32,000 bases of DNA from Caldivirga maquilingensis IC-167. Its GTDB lineage: Archaea; Thermoproteota; Thermoprotei; Thermoproteales; Thermocladiaceae. The notes beneath the pieces are model-generated. The model saw only the letters and a program-made list of their open reading frames with translations. It was not told the DNA's origin and did no database searches. The position numbers were made by a program, and so were the translations under genes. Below, piece after piece: positions 26,627 to 32,000 of the stretch (the stretch's first letter is position 1; every line of letters begins with the position of its first letter). The stretch covers positions 570,001 to 602,000 of the forward strand of contig NC_009954.1 of assembly GCF_000018305.1 (NCBI RefSeq), given 5' to 3'.

Positions 26627-27355
26627 CTACTCAATAGTGTATATTACGTCTAACACTACTCCACTTACCTTACTCCTAATAGCCTTTGCAACATCCTTAC
26701 TGGCAGCCACAAGTATAGATACTCCCACTATGCTTGCCCCTGATTGCCTTATTATGCTTAGTAATGCATCCATTGTTCTCCCTGATCTAACAATATCATC
26801 AATGAGTATTACTGAGTCATCCTTAGTTAGTAATGGCTTAGGTATGTATAAGTTAACCTTCCTGGGCGGTGAGTCAACCATGTAAGTAGCCTCATAGTAC
26901 TGCTCAAAACCGGCATCCATGTACTGCTTAGCTATTGTTAATTCAGCGTTTAAGGCGTATGACGCCGCCATGGCTAATGGTATACCATCCACAGCTGCGG
27001 TAAGTACCTTAGTAACCCTTAACCCAGAGAAGGTCTCGAGAACATGCTTCTCGTAAAGCCTAAGCACCATTGGTTCAAGGACTATGGAACTTAAGTCAAT
27101 GTAATTACCATTAACCTTAATCAACTTAGAGACAACACTCCTAATATCAGCCATGGGTTTAAGAACCTTAACAATACTCTCCGCAACCTTAGCTGAGGGT
27201 AAAACCTCCATGTTAGCGTAACGGCATAGTGTGGATTCAGGTATATTGAGCATGCTTGATAGTTGCTTAAAGGATAGTGAGTAAACCCTCTTAACTGCAT
27301 TAATGTAGAACACGGCATCCAATTGTAGACCAACCTTCTCCCTCCTCCTCATCAT
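26627..27355 (-). CDS. HTH-domain plus phosphoribosyltransferase-domain protein (PyrE-like regulator, COG0856/GfcR type)
   Basis: N-terminal HTH SFKQLSSMLNIPESTLCRYAN. C-terminal type-I PRTase PRPP loop VILIDDIVRSGRTMDAL. Confidence 0.75.
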   Translation of the reverse strand: MMRRREKVGLQLDAVFYINAVKRVYSLSFKQLSSMLNIPESTLCRYANMEVLPSAKVAESIVKVLKPMADIRSVVSKLIKVNGNYIDLSSIVLEPMVLRLYEKHVLETFSGLRVTKVLTAAVDGIPLAMAASYALNAELTIAKQYMDAGFEQYYEATYMVDSPPRKVNLYIPKPLLTKDDSVILIDDIVRSGRTMDALLSIIRQSGASIVGVSILVAASKDVAKAIRSKVSGVVLDVIYTIE

Positions 27356-27398
27356 TAAATCAGTTGAGTAAAGGGATTATTAAACCTAACTGATTTAA
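27355..27398. promoter_or_regulatory. 11-bp perfect inverted repeat bracketing the regulator promoter
   Basis: ttaaatcagtt (27355-27365) and aactgatttaa (27388-27398) are separated by 22 nt. The spacer contains the A/T box attattaaa, about 25 nt upstream of ATG 27355. Confidence 0.35.
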
Positions 27399-27410
27399 TG
27401 GACTGAAATG

Positions 27411-27418
27411 TTTAAAAA
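27411..27418 (+). promoter_or_regulatory. TATA box of the tRNA-fragment gene
   Basis: tttaaaaa lies about 25-30 nt upstream of the start of the GC-rich segment at about 27440. Confidence 0.5.
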
Positions 27419-27440
27419 CCAAAACAAACACCTAATATTG

Positions 27441-27509
27441 GTGATCGGCGCCGGCTGAGGTGGGCCTTTCGAGCCCGTGACCCGGGTTCAAATCCCGGCC
27501 GGGGCACCA
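27441..27509 (+). tRNA. tRNA-Glu(UUC) 3' fragment with GC-rich leader (candidate split-tRNA 3' gene): leader 27441-27460, tRNA-homologous part 27461-27509
   Basis: Anticodon arm tgggc/CTTTCGA/gcccg with anticodon TTC at 27468-27470. 4-nt variable loop tgac. T arm ccggg/TTCAAAT/cccgg. 3' acceptor strand ccggggc, discriminator A, encoded CCA. There is no D arm and no exact 5' acceptor strand upstream. Confidence 0.8.
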
Positions 27510-27729
27510 GATAATGTATCTTTCTGCATCTACATTCTGATTCTAAGAATTAGACCTGAGGATGCAGGATTAATAATTCATGTATACGTTAGTTCGCTTA
27601 CGGGTCAACAATCAGGATTACAGTAAGTGGTTTAAGGTTACTGCTTTAGTGTTGTAACTTATGTATTAATATGCGTATTAATATGCGCATCAGTGTTTAG
27701 GATGGGGATTGCCCTTAATTCCCTTTTTA

Positions 27730-28698
27730 CTATCCAGGCTGGAGTCGCCTTAATTCATTAATTATTCTATACACAACTAATGGGCCCTCCATTGCGAAGC
27801 CTGTCACTAAACCTATTAAGTCAGCTTCAGCTTTAATGCCTTTAATAATATCAATACCCCTCATGAATCCACCTAGGCCAATTATTAAGCCTCCGTAGCC
27901 TATTCTTCGTGTTAATTTAATTAGATTAATTACGATTCCTAGTAATGGTTTACCGCTTAAGCCTCCGTAACCCATGGGTAAGTCAGCCTTTATACTGAGG
28001 GTGTTTGCTATGGTTAGGCCAAATGGGTTATGGTTAATGATTAATTTAATGAGCTTAACCTCATCATTAATACTACTCAATAAGGGTAGTTTAATTACTA
28101 GTTTATCGTAACCCTTAAGTGAATTAAGTAATTCATTAAGCCTATGAGGCTCTGTCCATGATCCACCGTAGGTTGGGCTGCTTACGTTAATTTCAATGAA
28201 ATCCACGCAATCCATGTATGGTGTCAATGAGTCCAGTAGTAGTTTAAACTCAGTCTCACTGAAGCCTGCCACACTAACACCAAGTAGTTTACTCCTCGGC
28301 CACCTGACGCATTCATTGTTTAAAATACCCTTAAGGAAGTCCACTCCCCTTGAGGGTAATCCCATTGCATTAACCATGGCGTCTAACCCAGGGTACCTCC
28401 TCATCCTTGGCTTAGGGTTGCCTCGCCTCGGCTTCAATGTTACGGAACCCACTATGTGGAATCCAATGGGTAACCTACTCATAAGGCTGATTAGTAAGCC
28501 ATCCTTATCTATGCCTGCCCCAATACCTATTGGTGAATCAATAACCCTGTTAAGCAACCTCAACCTATACGGTAATGCACCCGTTAACCTAGTTAAAGTA
28601 CCTATTAACACCTTAACTGGGTAAGTCCTGAGTATGAGGTGGGTAACATCGTGGGTTAAGTCAGGTGGTAAGTAGCCTAGTAGTTTACTGGGTTGCAT
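27730..28698 (-). CDS. pyrD: dihydroorotate dehydrogenase
   Basis: Motifs GIGAGIDKDG, RRGNPKPRMRR, VNAMGLPSRG, NVSSPTYGG (Ser-type catalytic loop) and the C-terminal GLGGFMRG. The start overlaps the pyrE 3' end by 14 nt. Confidence 0.8.
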   Translation of the reverse strand: MQPSKLLGYLPPDLTHDVTHLILRTYPVKVLIGTLTRLTGALPYRLRLLNRVIDSPIGIGAGIDKDGLLISLMSRLPIGFHIVGSVTLKPRRGNPKPRMRRYPGLDAMVNAMGLPSRGVDFLKGILNNECVRWPRSKLLGVSVAGFSETEFKLLLDSLTPYMDCVDFIEINVSSPTYGGSWTEPHRLNELLNSLKGYDKLVIKLPLLSSINDEVKLIKLIINHNPFGLTIANTLSIKADLPMGYGGLSGKPLLGIVINLIKLTRRIGYGGLIIGLGGFMRGIDIIKGIKAEADLIGLVTGFAMEGPLVVYRIINELRRLQPG

Positions 28699-29230
28699 TA
28701 CTGATTCCCATGGCGTTAAATAGATCCTTAACCGTTAATAGTGACCAAGCCCTATACCCACTTCTCCTAATTGCGTCAAGTCCTCCCTCAAGCCTATCAA
28801 CAATGACAGCAACCTCAATGACCCTTAATCCATTTTCCTCAAGAACCCTTATTGAGTCAAGTATTGTGCCACCGGTGGTTACTACATCATCAATAAGAAG
28901 TACCCCTTCACCACCCTTATAGTAACCCTCAATCCTCCTCCTGGTGCCGTGACTCTTATCAGCCTTCCTAACGTATAATGTACCCTTACTTAACCTATAG
29001 GCTAGCATTGATGCCCAGGGTATGCTACCACTCTCAATCCCAGCAATTAAATCAATCCCGCCTCCAATCCTTAAGGCTAACTCCTCAATTATGGGCTTAT
29101 AGACCTCTGGTATTGATATAGCCATCCTCATGTCAACGTAGTACTTACTCTTAACACCACTTGATAGTGTGAAGTCACCGAACTTAACCACACCGTACTT
29201 AACCAATAACCTAGCCAGCTCAATGCTCAT
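28685..29230 (-). CDS. pyrE: orotate phosphoribosyltransferase
   Basis: FGDFTLSSGVKSKYYVD and the PRPP loop VLLIDDVVTTGGTILDSI. The ATG directly abuts the pyrI stop. Confidence 0.9.
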   Translation of the reverse strand: MSIELARLLVKYGVVKFGDFTLSSGVKSKYYVDMRMAISIPEVYKPIIEELALRIGGGIDLIAGIESGSIPWASMLAYRLSKGTLYVRKADKSHGTRRRIEGYYKGGEGVLLIDDVVTTGGTILDSIRVLEENGLRVIEVAVIVDRLEGGLDAIRRSGYRAWSLLTVKDLFNAMGISNATQ

Positions 29231-29722
29231 TCATCGTTCACCAGTTAATTGAGCATTAATATCATCAATCGTTAAGTATGTTCCACAGTATTGGCATTGG
29301 AGAATGGGTTGATCCAGGTGAAGCACCCTGAAGGTTGGTACAGCATCCTCCCTAGGCTGGTTAGTTATGCACTTAGGGTTCCTGCACTTGACAACACCCT
29401 TAACGGTTTCAGGGAGCTTAACTTGAAACTTCTTAATAACTGAGTAATCCCTAATTATGTTTATTGTGGCCGTTGGGGCTATTAGGGATACTAGGTTTAA
29501 TTCATCATTACTAAGCTCCTTACCCTCAATCTTCACTATGTCCTTCCTCCCTAATCTACGGCTATCCGCATTCATAACTAAGGCAACCCTTCCCTCCCCA
29601 CCCTTTAGTTTAAGCACTCTAAGAACTATTAAGGCTCTACCAGCCGGTATATGATCAATAACTATACCATCCTTAATCTTACTAACTATTAAGTCCCTCT
29701 CCTGAACCTTACTGGACATCAT
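29231..29722 (-). CDS. pyrI: aspartate carbamoyltransferase regulatory subunit
   Basis: [13 protein letters not shown] at the N-terminus and the C-terminal zinc domain CRNPKCITN...CQYCG. Confidence 0.9.
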   Translation of the reverse strand: MMSSKVQERDLIVSKIKDGIVIDHIPAGRALIVLRVLKLKGGEGRVALVMNADSRRLGRKDIVKIEGKELSNDELNLVSLIAPTATINIIRDYSVIKKFQVKLPETVKGVVKCRNPKCITNQPREDAVPTFRVLHLDQPILQCQYCGTYLTIDDINAQLTGER

Positions 29723-29809
29723 TACTCAGTGGTGTGGGTGCTAATTAATTTTTCGTTTAAAGGCATTTAAACATGTTTTAATTTAATTTAAATCAACCAC
29801 TGCGGTTAA

Positions 29810-30163
29810 TTATGCTGAGATTGGGTTACCAGTAATGCCGTACTTCTGCTTCCACTCCTCAAATATCTTCTGCTCCTCCGGTGTCAACTGCCTAGTTAAC
29901 CTATACCACTCATTCTTAGCCTTAGACTCAGCTGGAGCCTCACTGCTCTTCCATATGCAGTTCACTGGGCAAACTGGAATGCACTCGAAGTCATCCTTAC
30001 AGAAGTCCCATATTAACCTCGCCTTACCATTCTCATTCAATTCAAGGGCATTGTACGGGCAAACCGAGATGCATGCACCACAGCCTATACAGGTATCCAT
30101 ATCAACCACAACCCTCTGGTACTTGGCTAGTTCAGGTCCTGTTACTGTGGACATACTTATCAC
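29810..30163 (-). CDS. 4Fe-4S dicluster-domain ferredoxin-like protein with C-terminal extension
   Basis: CIGCGACISVCP plus the second motif CIPVCPVNC. A roughly 45-aa lysine/glutamate-rich tail follows. Confidence 0.75.
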   Translation of the reverse strand: MISMSTVTGPELAKYQRVVVDMDTCIGCGACISVCPYNALELNENGKARLIWDFCKDDFECIPVCPVNCIWKSSEAPAESKAKNEWYRLTRQLTPEEQKIFEEWKQKYGITGNPISA

Positions 30164-30361
30164 TCTGGGGGCTATCTACGCGTAAATAACGTTTAGCTTA
30201 TAGACTCCTAAGTGGTTTAACTCATTGAAGTCCACGGTTGATTTATATTTAGTTGACAAACGCAATATCAATTAGCTATATAATGGGTTAAATATTTTCA
30301 AAATAATAAACCACACTAACTGAGTTAAGCCACCGCCACCCTGATTACTTAAGCACCACTG

Positions 30362-30673
30362 CTATTGCAGTAACACTACTTGAATATACTTGTCTCCACG
30401 TCTCTTAACCCTATACTTGTGCGTTGACCCATCCTTAAGAATAACCAACTCCCCCCTAATCCCCTTCTTAACAGCCCTCCAGCTTGTTGAGAAGTAGAAC
30501 TCCCCCTCAGCGTACTTGGATCTGGCTATTGGGTATGCTGCATTATTATATATTATAACGCCCACACTCCAATCAGGAGCCTTCCTAGCAACCTCCTTAA
30601 CATCTAATTCCTCCTCTCCCCCCTCCTCTTCCTCCTCGTCTCTCTCTGGATGTTCCTCGTCCTCAGCCACCAT
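30362..30673 (-). CDS. hypothetical small protein with poly-acidic N-terminus
   Basis: 103-aa ORF. The N-terminal segment EDEEHPERDEEEEEGGEEE is followed by a basic, beta-rich domain. No family was recognised. Confidence 0.45.
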   Translation of the reverse strand: MVAEDEEHPERDEEEEEGGEEELDVKEVARKAPDWSVGVIIYNNAAYPIARSKYAEGEFYFSTSWRAVKKGIRGELVILKDGSTHKYRVKRRGDKYIQVVLLQ

Positions 30674-30754
30674 TAAGTCTCACCTGGCTTATTTATAAAA
30701 CATACGTCTACTTAAGCGAGAAGGATTTTTAACACCGCACTTATCCAGTGAACT

Positions 30755-31201
30755 ATGAAGCTTAGTGGTCAAAAGCCCTGGGGTGTTGGTGTCAATGTTG
30801 AGAACCTGTGGCAGTTAATTGAAAATAATACAATAGCCTTAGTTAAATGCGTACCAGATACCAGTGACATTAAGCAGATTGGGCCCCAGGAGTTTGAGTT
30901 CAAGATAATGGTACGCATGGGTCCAGTTAGTGGAACATTTAACTCTAGGGTTAAGATAGAGAGTATTGATAAGGCCTCTGGGAAAGTCGCCATGACCTTG
31001 AACTCTAAGGGACCTGGTGCAGTTATGAATGCCTCAATAACAGCCACTATAAGTCAAACAGGGGTATCCTATGATGCTGATGTTAATCTAAGTGGTTTAC
31101 TTGCAGCTGTTGGTGAGAGGTTAATTAGGAATTACATTGATGGTAAACTTAATGAATTCCTCACAAACCTAGTTAAACTTGCTAAAACCGGTCAATGTTA
31201 G
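30755..31201 (+). CDS. CoxG / SRPBCC-fold protein (carbon monoxide dehydrogenase subunit G-like)
   Basis: MKLSG start, VKCVPD...MVRMGPVSGTFNSRVKI, LSGLLAAVGERLI; the length and pattern fit the CoxG family. Confidence 0.75.
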   Translation: MKLSGQKPWGVGVNVENLWQLIENNTIALVKCVPDTSDIKQIGPQEFEFKIMVRMGPVSGTFNSRVKIESIDKASGKVAMTLNSKGPGAVMNASITATISQTGVSYDADVNLSGLLAAVGERLIRNYIDGKLNEFLTNLVKLAKTGQC

Positions 31202-31214
31202 GGCATGAATTAAG

Positions 31215-32000
31215 TCATCTCCTTAGCCTTGGGTTTATTGCCTCATCTATACCGTAAGCTAGTTCTATGAGACTAACCATGAATAAAGTGACGAATAATG
31301 TTGGGAAAAGGAAGTACCATATTGCCGACGAGCCATACGCTGCACCAAGCGATAATGCATTATTTATCATGTATCCCCAATTAGTTGGGTTAAATGGTAG
31401 AAGACCCAGGTAGTATAGGCCAACAGCAGCATACAGTGAACCCTCCATGTTCAATATTAGGTTAATCCAAATATAGGGCATTATTGTTGGTAAAATCTCC
31501 CTAAACAAAATATAACCCCACCCAAGGCCAAGGACCCTGGAAACCTCAACGTAAGGATATTCCTTAGATGACAATACCTGCGACCTAACGGACCTAGCTA
31601 ACCCAGTCCACCCAGTTATACTCAATACACCAGCCAACACAAGTGGATTAGCCGTATGAATCATTACAGCTATTATGACCGTTATGAGTAGGCTTGGTAT
31701 CGTTAATAATGCATCATTGAACAACATTATGATTGTATCAACAATACCACCAAAGTACCCTGAAACTAAACCCACCACTAATCCTATTACAGTCGTATAT
31801 AGTCCTGCCGGAAAACTAATCTCTAATATGAAGGGTGCACCGTTGGCTATATCCACTAGTACTGGTTCACCAATGTTATCTGTGCCGAACCATTATATGG
31901 GTGGCCAAAGCCTAGGTGGCTTAAGCGCCATGGCTGGATTTGTTCTATAATTATAGGGCAGGAGTATAGGGCCAACTACAGCCAATATAATGTAGAATAC
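31215..32000 (-). pseudogene. ABC transporter permease (DppC/OppC type) interrupted by an in-frame TAA; 5' end lies outside the window
   Basis: The same frame reads ...VFYIILAVVGPILLPYNYRTNPAMALKPPRLWPPI * WFGTDNIGEPVLVDIANGAPF..., with the stop at 31893-31895. The GTDxxG motif and TM1 lie on opposite sides of the stop. The downstream part has the permease core (SRVLGLGWGYILFREILPTIMPYI). Confidence 0.7.

Noticed and set aside
27664-27687. Tandem 12-bp repeat, considered as a possible CRISPR or minisatellite
   Set aside because: There are only two directly abutting copies and no spacers. No cas genes or further repeats occur in the window.
28196-28624. 142-aa plus-strand ORF, plus 28665-28922 (85 aa)
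   Set aside because: They are antisense to pyrD and pyrE, which have clear catalytic motifs. The products are Ser/Leu/Pro-rich shadow ORFs.
29727-29795. 7-bp inverted repeat cagtggt / accactg flanking the pyrI promoter region
   Set aside because: The arms are short and separated by about 55 nt. The repeat also overlaps the terminator zone of the upstream ferredoxin gene, so support for a regulatory call is insufficient.

Overview
The window looks like a chromosomal segment of a crenarchaeon. It carries aIF-1A, aEF-1beta, a CDC48 AAA ATPase and a GINS-like protein, and many genes have an A/T-rich TATA box about 25 nt upstream of the start, suggesting leaderless transcripts. A Thermoproteales-like origin (Caldivirga/Vulcanisaeta type) is inference only. 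All family calls come from reading motifs in the supplied translations and DNA; no database search was possible. About 36 protein genes are tightly packed. They include a MoxR-DUF58-membrane module, a PEBP, an AmmeMemoRadiSam-type radical SAM enzyme, CDC48, aEF-1beta, an HVO_2753-type zinc-ribbon protein and an NAD-dependent epimerase. Further along are aIF-1A, ferredoxins, a sugar-type module (mutarotase-like protein, HTH_10 regulator, anchored family-5 binding protein), an M20 peptidase and an SSS symporter with its small subunit. The rest comprises an acyl-CoA dehydrogenase, a GlmS-like protein, a CX5R phosphatase, DUF504, an NDP-sugar pyrophosphorylase, an HTH-PRTase regulator, a pyrI-pyrE-pyrD operon, CoxG and a DppC-type permease. 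Most notable findings: (1) A promoter-driven gene encodes only the anticodon arm, T arm, 3' acceptor strand and CCA of tRNA-Glu(UUC), preceded by a GC-rich leader instead of the 5' acceptor strand and D arm; this is a candidate split-tRNA 3' fragment. (2) Two related, decayed IS200/IS605-type tnpB relics lie in inverted orientation. One sits between the normally adjacent zinc-ribbon and aEF-1beta genes; the other is unannotated in the 9.6-9.9 kb gap. Together they bracket a 2 kb segment encoding a sequon-rich surface protein. (3) A full-length GlmS homologue lacks the N-terminal catalytic Cys and the oxyanion Asn. (4) An HTH-PRTase regulator with an 11-bp inverted repeat over its promoter lies beside the pyr operon. 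(5) The DppC-like permease has an in-frame TAA.
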